This document shows, piece after piece, positions 8,370-17,077 of a stretch of 64,000 nt of DNA. The position numbers were made by a program, and so were the translations under genes. The notes under the pieces were generated by a model. The model was not told where the DNA came from. It ran no database searches and saw only the letters and a list, made by a program, of their open reading frames with translations. This stretch comes from an uncultured Verrucomicrobiae bacterium (GTDB lineage: Bacteria > Verrucomicrobiota > Verrucomicrobiia > Chthoniobacterales > Terrimicrobiaceae), in the NCBI GenBank assembly GCA_963706955.1, contig CAVPOC010000009.1, forward strand, positions 1 to 64,000, given 5' to 3'. How positions within the stretch are numbered: the stretch's first letter is position 1; each line of letters starts with the position of its first letter.

Positions 8370-10721
8370 CTATTCTCGGAAATCCACCGCCAGCTTTGCC
8401 TTCAACTGCTGCTTCAAGCGATCACAGGCAGCGTTGACTTCCTCGCTACTGAGCGTCCTCTCCGGGGCACGGAATGTCAAGGAGATCGCGACGGATTTGC
8501 GATCCGTCGGTAGCTTTTCTCCTGCCGGATCGACGAACACACTGAGCGGTTCGACTTTGACGAGGAATTCCGGATGGCTCGCCCAGATCTCATTTTCGAT
8601 GTCGCCATAGGACATGGCCATTGGGGAGACGACAGCAATGTCACGGAGGATGGAAGGAAACTTTGCAATCTGCTGGAACGACAGCTTTCGCCAGAGGGCT
8701 TGCAGGGCTTCCAGAGCGATCTCGCAGGCGAGCACTGGCTTCGGAGCATCCATTTCCCGAGCCACGGCCGGCGCCAATTGGCCAAGTAAACCGATGTGTT
8801 TTTCACCTACGGCTAGATCACATTGCAACCCCATGGGAGATCTTGCCGCGGTGCGCGTAGAGACCACCGCATCTCGAATTAGTGCCTCGACGACTCCTTT
8901 GGCGTCGCCCCAGTCGAAGTCTCTCCCCTTATCACCTCGCCAGGACGGTGGAACCGCTTCGCCATAGATGATAAAAGCCAGCTTACCGACCTCCTCCTCT
9001 TCTGCGGTGTGGAACGTCCTTCCGAGCTCGTAGAGCCGCACCGATTTGGCGCCGTGATGAATGTTCCGTCTCAGAGCGACCAACAAGCCTGGAAGAAGGC
9101 TGGTGCGCAGGAATGCCTGGTCTTCTCCGAGCGGGTTGCGCAAGCGGAGTGGTTCCCCCTGGGACCAGACCATAGACTCTGAGACCAGCGTGCTGGTCCG
9201 CGCCTCGCTGAATCCCAACCCGCGCAACACCCGACGCACGTCCATCTGAAGGTCGTAGGATCGATCTGCACTGCTCGAAGGCGCAGGGCTGGCGATCAGT
9301 CTGTGAGGTATTCTTTCGATACCGATAATCCGAGCAACTTCCTCGATCAAGTCGACCTGGCGGCGAAGATCGAGTCGGTAGCTAGGGATCTTCCATGCGG
9401 TGCCATCATCCTGCGGAGCTTTCGTGAGTTCCAGCCGTCTCAGCGCATCCTCGATGTCGCCGGTCGAGAGATCGACGCCTAAGAGGGAATGGCAGTATCT
9501 TTCGCGCAGCACAATCGGTTCCGGTGCTGGCGGCAGCGCCCCGGCCGTCATCACAAACGCTTCGCTCTGACCACCGGCCAGCTCCTCGACAAGCTGTGTT
9601 GCACGCTCCGAGGCCGCGAGGACGCCCAGCGGATCAGTGCCGCGTTCGAATCGATGACTTGATTCACTGTGGAGGCTGTGAAGGCGCGCCGAACGACGAA
9701 CGGACGCAGGCTGAAAGAGCGCGCTTTCCAACAAAATATCAGTCGTTTCATTGACAACCGCGGACTGCTCACCACCCATCACGCCGGCCAGTGCAATGGC
9801 TCCCTTCGCATCCGCGATCACTAGATCGGTGGGTGAAAGGCGCAGTTCACTTCCATCCAACGCGCGAAACGACTCCCCTTCGCGTGATTGACGAACAACT
9901 ATTCCCCCCGCCAGCTTGTCAGCGTCGAACGCATGAAGTGGCTGTCCCAGCTCGAGCATCACATAGTTGGTAATGTCAACGATGTTGTTGATCGAACGAA
10001 TTCCGGTAGCCTCCAGGCGGTGGCGCAGCCACGGTGGACTCGGGGCGACTTTTACCCCGCGGATCCGTCGTGCCGAATAGAATGGGCAGAGCGAGGGCGC
10101 CTCAATGGAAACCTTCTCTTCCATTCGTTCAACGATTTTCGGAAAGTTGAGGGCAGATGGCTCCAGCGCCTGGCATGTAAAGGCGGCTACCTCGCGAGCG
10201 ATACCGAGATGGCTAAGCCAGTCGGGGCGGTTCGGAGTGATCTCGAGCTCGAAGATCGTGTCTGAGGGATACAAGGCAGAAAAGGGTTTTCCGACCGGAG
10301 CTTCCTTCGGCAGAATCAAGAGACCGTCGGCATCGTCGGCGAGACCAAGTTCCTTGGGGCTGCAGAGCATGCCTTCGCTCTCCACGCCGCGCAGTTTGCT
10401 CATCTTGATCTTCAAGCCGCCCGGCAGCACAGCTCCAGGAAGGGCCAGCGGAACTTTGTCGCCGGCGACGTAGTTTTTCGCGCCGCAGACGATTCGCCGG
10501 GTGTGTCCCGATCCATCGTCCACCTCGCAAACGCTGAGGCGATCCGCATGCGGGTGACGGTTTGTGGCGATGATTTCGGCAACAATCACATTGCGAAAAT
10601 CCGCACCGATGGTTGTGATGCTTTCCACCTTGATACCCGCACGGGTAAGCAGATCCTCGAGTTCCGCCACGGAACCCTTCCAGGGAACGTAGTCGCGAAG
10701 CCAGTTGAGCGAAATCCTCAT
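8370..10721 (-). CDS. pheT: Phenylalanyl-tRNA synthetase beta subunit
   Basis: HPHADRL, IVCGAKN, RGVESEGMLCS, ITPNRPD, RFERG, C-terminal FDX-ACB domain. Confidence 0.98.
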   Translation of the reverse strand: MRISLNWLRDYVPWKGSVAELEDLLTRAGIKVESITTIGADFRNVIVAEIIATNRHPHADRLSVCEVDDGSGHTRRIVCGAKNYVAGDKVPLALPGAVLPGGLKIKMSKLRGVESEGMLCSPKELGLADDADGLLILPKEAPVGKPFSALYPSDTIFELEITPNRPDWLSHLGIAREVAAFTCQALEPSALNFPKIVERMEEKVSIEAPSLCPFYSARRIRGVKVAPSPPWLRHRLEATGIRSINNIVDITNYVMLELGQPLHAFDADKLAGGIVVRQSREGESFRALDGSELRLSPTDLVIADAKGAIALAGVMGGEQSAVVNETTDILLESALFQPASVRRSARLHSLHSESSHRFERGTDPLGVLAASERATQLVEELAGGQSEAFVMTAGALPPAPEPIVLRERYCHSLLGVDLSTGDIEDALRRLELTKAPQDDGTAWKIPSYRLDLRRQVDLIEEVARIIGIERIPHRLIASPAPSSSADRSYDLQMDVRRVLRGLGFSEARTSTLVSESMVWSQGEPLRLRNPLGEDQAFLRTSLLPGLLVALRRNIHHGAKSVRLYELGRTFHTAEEEEVGKLAFIIYGEAVPPSWRGDKGRDFDWGDAKGVVEALIRDAVVSTRTAARSPMGLQCDLAVGEKHIGLLGQLAPAVAREMDAPKPVLACEIALEALQALWRKLSFQQIAKFPSILRDIAVVSPMAMSYGDIENEIWASHPEFLVKVEPLSVFVDPAGEKLPTDRKSVAISLTFRAPERTLSSEEVNAACDRLKQQLKAKLAVDFRE

Positions 10722-10754
10722 ATCCCGGACCGGTAGCTCTCCGCTTTCATGACC

Positions 10755-11762
10755 CTAGAATTGCTTTAGGAATCTTAGGTCGTTCTCGACAAGCATTCGG
10801 ATGTCCGGAATGTGCGCGAGATTCATCGCCAGCCGATCAAGCCCAAATCCAAAGGCAAATCCTGTGACAACTTCTGGGTCGAAGGCACGGTCCCCCCGCT
10901 TGCTGCAAATTTGCTCGAAGACCGCAGGGTCAACCATTCCGCAGCCGGCAAGCTCCAGCCATTGGCCGCCGAGCACCTCAGTATGGATGTCAATCTCATA
11001 GCTTGGCTCGGTAAACGGAAAAAAGTGAGGACGGAAGCGGACCTTGGTTTCCGAACCGAGTAGCTCTCGAAAGAAATATTCGAGCGTGCCCTTCAAATCG
11101 GCGACCGAGATATTGCGGTCCACCACGAGACCCTCCATTTGCGTGAATTGGGCGAGGTGCGTTGCATCCACCTCATCGCGACGGTAGGCTGCGCCCGGGG
11201 CGATCACCCGGACCGGGGGAGGCTGCGATTCCATGACGCGAATCTGAACCGTCGAGGTATGGGTTCGCAGGAGCCGCCCGTCGGGAAGATAAAAGGTATC
11301 CAGCTCGTTGCGCGCGGGGTGATCTGGTGGAGTATTCAGCGCATCAAAGCAATACCATTCCGTCTCAATGTCCGGCCCATCGGCCAGGGCAAACCCGAGC
11401 CGGCGAAATATCTCCACCGCTCGGTCAAGCAATTGCGTGAGCGGGTGAATTGAGCCGAGCGGCGGGCGCGTTCCGGGCAGAGTGACGTCGAGTCCCAGAA
11501 GCTCGCGAGTATCCTTGTCCTCTTCCAGGAGCCGCTCCCGTTTTTCCAGGGAGGCCTGAACCTCCTGGCGCAGTTCATTCAGGAGCTTTCCCAGGCGAGG
11601 GCGATCTTCCTTTGGGATCTCGCGCATTCCCTCGCTGAGCCGAGAGATAGCGCCATTCTTGCCGAGGTAGCGGACGCGGACTGATTCCAGCGACGAAGGA
11701 TCGTTGGCCGTTTCGAGGGCAGCCATCGCCTCCAGCCGTAACGCGTTAATTTGCGATTGCAT
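10755..11762 (-). CDS. pheS: Phenylalanyl-tRNA synthetase alpha subunit
   Basis: FDALN..DHPAR, LLRTHTS, FRPHFFPFTEPS, GFAFGFGLDRLAM. Confidence 0.98.
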   Translation of the reverse strand: MQSQINALRLEAMAALETANDPSSLESVRVRYLGKNGAISRLSEGMREIPKEDRPRLGKLLNELRQEVQASLEKRERLLEEDKDTRELLGLDVTLPGTRPPLGSIHPLTQLLDRAVEIFRRLGFALADGPDIETEWYCFDALNTPPDHPARNELDTFYLPDGRLLRTHTSTVQIRVMESQPPPVRVIAPGAAYRRDEVDATHLAQFTQMEGLVVDRNISVADLKGTLEYFFRELLGSETKVRFRPHFFPFTEPSYEIDIHTEVLGGQWLELAGCGMVDPAVFEQICSKRGDRAFDPEVVTGFAFGFGLDRLAMNLAHIPDIRMLVENDLRFLKQF

Positions 11763-11817
11763 CGGAAAAATGCGCGCTGGACGCTTCCAGCATCAGACAG
11801 ATCGTAGCAAACGAGCG

Positions 11818-12186
11818 CTACGCAGCTCTCGTCTCAAGAGCTGCCTTTGCCTTTTCGACGATCTGCTTGAAAGCAGCGATGTCCTGGACAGCTAGATCTG
11901 CGAGGACCTTGCGGTCGAGGGCGATTCCTGCCGCTTTCAATCCTTCGACAAATCGACTGTAAGTAATCCCCTCAGCGCGCACCGCGGCATTTAGTCTCGT
12001 AATCCAAAGCGAGCGAAAATTGCGTTTGCGCGTCTTGCGATCGCGATAGGCCCAATACTTCGCCTTCATCTGCGCGTCCTTGGCGTAGCGAAAAAGCTTG
12101 GACCGCCGACCGCGATAACCCTTAGAAGCCTTGATGACCCGCTTACGCCGCGCCCGGCTGGCGGGCGAATTCGTGGCACGTGGCAT
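11818..12186 (-). CDS. rplT: 50S ribosomal protein L20
   Basis: [41 protein letters not shown]. Confidence 0.98.
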   Translation of the reverse strand: MPRATNSPASRARRKRVIKASKGYRGRRSKLFRYAKDAQMKAKYWAYRDRKTRKRNFRSLWITRLNAAVRAEGITYSRFVEGLKAAGIALDRKVLADLAVQDIAAFKQIVEKAKAALETRAA

Positions 12187-12189
12187 GTA

Positions 12190-12299
12190 GTATCCCCCGC
12201 CCTATCGAGCGGGCTCCCTGGAACCGGCTGTTATTTTTGTTTTGATCCGCGGACTCACCAGTTCCGTTAGCCTCGAAGCTCGAGGCAGTCCGACGGATC
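12190..12299 (-). promoter_or_regulatory. Structured RNA in the rpmI-rplT spacer; candidate L20 autoregulatory leader
   Basis: Nested stems, a 9-bp pseudoknot-capable pairing and a hairpin overlapping the rplT SD (see findings). Confidence 0.55.
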
Positions 12300-12305
12300 G
12301 ACCGT

Positions 12306-12515
12306 CTAAGAAAACGGCAGATTCGATCTGATGTGGGCGGCGTCGGAATCGTGCACCAGCACCGCTTTGGCTAGCTTCCGCTTCCGTTTCGCCGACTTGC
12401 ACTTGAGCAAATGCCGCCTCCCGGCGCGTGTCCGCAACACCTTGCCGGTGGACGTCACTTTGAAACGCTTGGCAACCGATTTGCGCGTCTTGCTGCGTGC
12501 GATGGGCTTTGGCAT
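12306..12515 (-). CDS. rpmI: 50S ribosomal protein L35
   Basis: KTRKSVAKRFKVTSTGKV...GRRHLL..KSAKRKRKL. True start is ATG 12515 (69 aa). Confidence 0.95.
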   Translation of the reverse strand: MPKPIARSKTRKSVAKRFKVTSTGKVLRTRAGRRHLLKCKSAKRKRKLAKAVLVHDSDAAHIRSNLPFS

Positions 12516-12652
12516 GAGAAAAGGGACAAAAGCTAGCGAATCCACATCGTCTGGCAATGAAAAGTTTTCGAGAAGAAATCCGATTCGCTCGGTGAGCGAC
12601 CGGATGTTTGCTTGCTCCAAAGGATGAAGAACGGTTTGATGGAGGTTGCCTG

Positions 12653-13432
12653 ATGAGAAAAGCCATCGTGATTCCTTCGTACCGCGCTGAAAAGACGCTG
12701 GCCTCCGTGCTCTTGCGCATTCCCAAGGAGTTCTGGCCAGAGGGCGTCGCCGTGATCGTCAATGATAAAAGTCCCGACAATACCGGAGAGGTCGCCGAGT
12801 CCCTGAAAGCGCAGTGGCCCGGGCTTCACGTTGTTCATCACGAACTCAATCGAGGGTACGGTGGGGCGCAGAAAACTGGCTTGAAACGAGGTCTCGAACT
12901 GGGCGCTGATGCCTTCGCGGTCGTGCATTCGGACGGTCAATACGCCCCCGAGGTCGTTCTCGACTTGATGAAACCAATTCTGGCGGGAGACGCGCACATC
13001 GTTCAGGGCTCGAGAATGGCCGGCGGCGGAGCGCTGCGCGGTGGAATGCCATACTCGCGCTACGTTCCCAATCGGGTCTTGACCTTCCTGGAGAATATTG
13101 TTTTCGGAACCCGCCTGGCGGAGTTTCACAGCGGCTACATGTTGTACTCGCGCACACTACTCGAGCGGGCCCCTTTCGAGGAGTTACAGAACAACTATAA
13201 CTTCGACGCCGAGATGATTGTCCTCGCGCACCTGATGGGCATGGAATGCGCGCAGATCGCCATTCCCACGCGGTATGACGACGAAGTCTCAAGTCTCGAT
13301 CCGATTCCCTACGGGATCAACGTTCTTAAAATGATGGCTCGACATCTCCGCGGAGACTACAAGAAGCTCGTGAGCAGGAACGGACAATCGGACCTGGCTT
13401 CTTTAGGGATTGCCTCGAAGAAAAACGGTTGA
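12653..13432 (+). CDS. Glycosyltransferase family 2, DPM1/polyprenyl-phosphate glycosyltransferase-like
   Basis: IVIPSY, VNDKSPDNT, NRGYGGAQKTG, HSDGQY, VQGSR, EFHSGY. GGAGG SD at 12641 supports ATG 12653. Confidence 0.88.
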   Translation: MRKAIVIPSYRAEKTLASVLLRIPKEFWPEGVAVIVNDKSPDNTGEVAESLKAQWPGLHVVHHELNRGYGGAQKTGLKRGLELGADAFAVVHSDGQYAPEVVLDLMKPILAGDAHIVQGSRMAGGGALRGGMPYSRYVPNRVLTFLENIVFGTRLAEFHSGYMLYSRTLLERAPFEELQNNYNFDAEMIVLAHLMGMECAQIAIPTRYDDEVSSLDPIPYGINVLKMMARHLRGDYKKLVSRNGQSDLASLGIASKKNG

Positions 13433-13469
13433 CGTCGTAGCCAAGAGAATCGTAAATGGGAGGTTTTTC

Positions 13470-14540
13470 ATGAAGATCCTTCTCCTAGGCGCAGGTGGAT
13501 TCATCGGCGCAAACCTCGCCGAGCGTCTCGTCAATGACGCATCTCACCAGATCACCGCTCTCGACATCGAGCGCGAGAAGCTGGATGAGACGGTGAAAAG
13601 CGGTGATATCAACTACATCCACTTCGACATCCGCCGCAACGAAAAGGAACTCGAAAGACTTACCATCGAGCACGATCTGGTCGTTGATCTCGTGGCGATG
13701 GCGAACCCCAGCCTCTATGTCAGCAACCCCGTCGATGTGTTCCGGCTGAACTTCAGTGAGAATCTCAAGATCGCTGAATTTTGCGTGATGCACAAAAAGC
13801 GGCTGGTGCAGTTTTCAACATGCGAGGTCTATGGGATTACCTCTGCGCGCGCCTTCGGCAAAGATTCCTCTAAATACCCCACTCCCTTCGTTGAGGACGA
13901 AACCCCTCTCATCATGGGACCGGTTAAGAACCATCGATGGATCTATGCTTGCGCCAAGCAGCTCTTGGAGCGCGTCCTTCATGCCTATGGCCTCGAGGAG
14001 GGTCTCAATTACTCCATTATTAGACCGTTCAATTTCATCGGGCCGCGCATCGACTACCTTCCCAGCGAGCAGACGGGCAATCCGCGCGTCTTCAGCCATT
14101 TTATGAACGCCTTGCTCTACGGGACCTCGATGAAGCTCGTCGATGGTGGCATGAATTATCGTGCTTACACGTATATTGACGACGCAGTCGACTGTATTGC
14201 GCGCATCATTGAGAATCGAGGTGGAGTCTGCGATCGCGAGATTTTCAATATTGGCACGCCCGAAAATGAAGTGACGATCAAGGATCTCGCCCACAAGATG
14301 TACGCGACCTTTGACAAAAACTTTCGCCAGCCTGGGGACCCCTACCCCGAGATCGTCTCCGTCTCGAGCGAGGAATTTTACGGGAAAGGTTATGAAGATT
14401 GCGATCGCCGCATTCCCGACGTTTCCAAAGCTCGCAAGCTCGTCGGCTGGAAGTCAAGGCATGACCTTGATTCAGTGCTCTATCACACGATGAAGTATTT
14501 TGTGGACAAGCACCGCGCGAGACAGCCTATCGCTGCATGA
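13470..14540 (+). CDS. NAD-dependent UDP-glucuronate decarboxylase of UDP-apiose/UDP-xylose synthase (UAS/AXS) type
   Basis: GAGGFIG, FSTCEVYG, RWIYACAKQL, IRPFNFIGPR, LVDGG, FYGKGYED.DRRIP. GGGAGG SD before ATG 13470. Confidence 0.8.
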   Translation: MKILLLGAGGFIGANLAERLVNDASHQITALDIEREKLDETVKSGDINYIHFDIRRNEKELERLTIEHDLVVDLVAMANPSLYVSNPVDVFRLNFSENLKIAEFCVMHKKRLVQFSTCEVYGITSARAFGKDSSKYPTPFVEDETPLIMGPVKNHRWIYACAKQLLERVLHAYGLEEGLNYSIIRPFNFIGPRIDYLPSEQTGNPRVFSHFMNALLYGTSMKLVDGGMNYRAYTYIDDAVDCIARIIENRGGVCDREIFNIGTPENEVTIKDLAHKMYATFDKNFRQPGDPYPEIVSVSSEEFYGKGYEDCDRRIPDVSKARKLVGWKSRHDLDSVLYHTMKYFVDKHRARQPIAA

Positions 14541-14565
14541 CGCGGCGACTCTCCGCAGCGACCGC

Positions 14566-15120
14566 TTAGTTCCAGAAGAAAACGGCGCACAAGATCACGG
14601 CGCCCGAATAGAACACTCCAGCCCAGACTGCGGTCTGATAGCGGCGCATCTTGGCGGTAAGCCAGGTGATCTGGTCTCGCATGATCCAGGGCATACCCAC
14701 CCAGAAAAGCCCGTTGATAATCCAGACGTATGCCAGGACTACGAGCAGGAGGCGGCTGGTTTCATGGCGCATGAATGCCGCCTCGAGAAGAGGTTCTGCG
14801 GCAAGCAGGGCAAGCATTCCCATTGCGCGCACGGCGAGAAACTCCTCCACGTATTTCCACGCCAGGAAAGCGCCGGCCACGATGGCCACGAGCATGAGAG
14901 TACGCAGGCGCGCAAATTCCCCCAGATCCATGCTTTGAATAAGCAGGAAGCTCCAAATCGCGGCGAGGCCGATCAGTAAGGTTCCCATCGCGCGCGATCG
15001 GGGGAATTGTCGCAGAAACTTCAGGCTATCATTTGAGCGAAGCAAGGCGAGCGCATGAACTGCGAGCAAAACGACGCCTGTAATCAATCCGACCGACTGA
15101 AGGGTAAGCGGATAGATCAT
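14566..15120 (-). CDS. Multi-pass membrane protein of unknown function
   Basis: About 6 hydrophobic segments; ATGA overlap with the rnc stop codon. Confidence 0.8.
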   Translation of the reverse strand: MIYPLTLQSVGLITGVVLLAVHALALLRSNDSLKFLRQFPRSRAMGTLLIGLAAIWSFLLIQSMDLGEFARLRTLMLVAIVAGAFLAWKYVEEFLAVRAMGMLALLAAEPLLEAAFMRHETSRLLLVVLAYVWIINGLFWVGMPWIMRDQITWLTAKMRRYQTAVWAGVFYSGAVILCAVFFWN

Positions 15121-15872
15121 TTCACAGCGATGGCTGCCGGTCTGCGCTTTGCCGCCTCCCAGTTCTTTCGCGTGAGCGCATCGCTTGCTGCGGCAACCTG
15201 GGCCTGTTTCTTGCTCAATCCTTCGCCACGGCCGAGTTCAGTTTCGTTCCAGATCACGCGGGCGACGAAGCGCTTCGAATGGTCTGGGCCGCTCTGCTCG
15301 AGAACTTCGTAGGCCGGTGCGCACGGTTCGATCGCTTGGAGCATCTCCTGGAGCGCACCCTTCGGATTGACTTCTTCGGGATCTCGCGCAATGCGCTCGA
15401 AGTCGTCCTCGGTCGCGCGCAGGACAAAATTTCTCGCGGCGTCAAAGCCGCCGTCGAGATAGACGGCGCCGACGACGCTTTCAAACGCGTCTGCCAACGT
15501 AGAGGCTCGTTCGCGCCCACCGCTCGCCTCTTCGCCCCGCCCCATCATCAGATAGCGACCGAGATCGAGTTCCTGGGCGCGTAGTCTCAGGGCGGCTCGG
15601 GAAACGATCCGTGTCCGCAACTTCGTCATCATTCCTTCGGAAAAATCCGGATAAAGACGGTAGAGATGTTCGGTCACGACCAATTGAATGACGGCGTCGC
15701 CCAGAAATTCCAGGCGCTGATTGTCGAAGGGGTAATTCTTGCGCTCGAGCGAGATGCTGGGGTGCGTCATGGCTTCTGCAAGAAGCAAACCGTTGCGAAA
15801 CTTGTAACCAAGGCGACCTTCGATCGGATTCATGATCGAAGCAGCATGGCGACTGGGCTCGCTAAGACTCAT
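15117..15872 (-). CDS. rnc: Ribonuclease III
   Basis: NQRLEFLGDA, LADAFESVVGAVYLDGG, C-terminal dsRBD. Start may be ATG 15833. Confidence 0.97.
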   Translation of the reverse strand: MSLSEPSRHAASIMNPIEGRLGYKFRNGLLLAEAMTHPSISLERKNYPFDNQRLEFLGDAVIQLVVTEHLYRLYPDFSEGMMTKLRTRIVSRAALRLRAQELDLGRYLMMGRGEEASGGRERASTLADAFESVVGAVYLDGGFDAARNFVLRATEDDFERIARDPEEVNPKGALQEMLQAIEPCAPAYEVLEQSGPDHSKRFVARVIWNETELGRGEGLSKKQAQVAAASDALTRKNWEAAKRRPAAIAVK

Positions 15873-15985
15873 GGGATCGGAGATGCCTCTATCATCGATT
15901 TACGACCTTTCCAAAGCCAGGCTCCGCAAGAGAGCTGCACCTTCAATATAATAGAAAAGGTTTGCGAGCCTGATGCAACAAGCAA

Positions 15986-17068
15986 TCATTCTTCCAGGCT
16001 GTCGTCGAGCGCCTCGAAGAGCGTCTGCATTGATGCTTCGGTCTCGTCCCCCATATTGGAAATGCGAAATGTCTCCCCCTTGATCTTGCCGTAGCCCCCA
16101 TCTATGGCTATTTGGTGCCGTTCGCGCAAGCGCGCGATCCATGCGCTGACATCGACCTTCCGGTTATTTTTGACACAGGTCAGAGTAAGCGAACGGTAAC
16201 CATTCGACGCATAGAAATCAAAGCCGCGTTCCTGGACCCACCGATGGACCATTGCGTTTAACCGGGCATGTCTTTCGTAACGGGCCTCCAAGCCTTCTTG
16301 GGCGATGTCGTCGAGCTTGGAGCGGAGCGCGTAGACCAAAGGTATGACCGGAGTGCTGGGCGTCATGTCCTGGTCGGCGTTCCTGGCGAATTCGACAAAA
16401 TCAAAATAGTAGCCTCGCTCCTTGATTGTATTCGCGCGCTCCAAGGCACCCTCGGATACGGCGAACAATGCCAGACCTGGTGGTAAGGCGAGTGCCTTTT
16501 GGCTTCCGGTCAGCAAGACATCGATTCCAAGATTGTCCATCGGGATGGGTTCGGCTGAGAGCGAGGAAACCGCATCGACAACGAACATCACCTCGGGGAA
16601 TCTGCGCATCACCTCGGCGATCGACCCAAGCGGATTGCGCACACCGCAGGATGTTTCGTTGTGAATGAGCGTGAGCGCGTCGAAACCGCCAGCGGAGAGT
16701 TTCTCGTCGATCATCTCTGGAAGGATCGGGTCACCCCAGTTGACTTGGAGAGCTTCGGCTGCTTTTCCGCAACGCTTGCTGACATCGAACCATTTGTCGG
16801 AAAATGCCCCGCACATGCAGTTTAGAACTTTGTGACGAACAAGGTTGCGAATCGCGCCTTCCATCACGCCCCACGCCGAAGATGTCGATAGGAAAACGGC
16901 TCTCTCTGTTCCGAAGAGGGCTTTCAGTCCGGGCTGTAGTCCGCGATAGAGTTCTTTGAAATCGCTTCCGCGATGCCCAATCATCGGCTGACACATCGCC
17001 TGGAGGGTTTTCTCGGAAACCTCGACCGGACCCGGGATGAACAGCCTGAGTTGTTTACTCCGCAGCAT
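15986..17068 (-). CDS. Class V PLP aminotransferase (alanine/serine-glyoxylate aminotransferase-like)
   Basis: LFIPGP, MIGHR, HNETS, VDAVSS, GSQKALALPPG, FRISNMG. Confidence 0.9.
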   Translation of the reverse strand: MLRSKQLRLFIPGPVEVSEKTLQAMCQPMIGHRGSDFKELYRGLQPGLKALFGTERAVFLSTSSAWGVMEGAIRNLVRHKVLNCMCGAFSDKWFDVSKRCGKAAEALQVNWGDPILPEMIDEKLSAGGFDALTLIHNETSCGVRNPLGSIAEVMRRFPEVMFVVDAVSSLSAEPIPMDNLGIDVLLTGSQKALALPPGLALFAVSEGALERANTIKERGYYFDFVEFARNADQDMTPSTPVIPLVYALRSKLDDIAQEGLEARYERHARLNAMVHRWVQERGFDFYASNGYRSLTLTCVKNNRKVDVSAWIARLRERHQIAIDGGYGKIKGETFRISNMGDETEASMQTLFEALDDSLEE

Positions 17069-17077
17069 GGTCTCGAA

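Noticed and set aside
13470..14540. Annotation as arnA (polymyxin resistance)
   Set aside because: No formyltransferase domain, no arnB/arnD in the window, and the Cys-containing STCEVYG/YACAKQ motifs fit UAS/AXS better.
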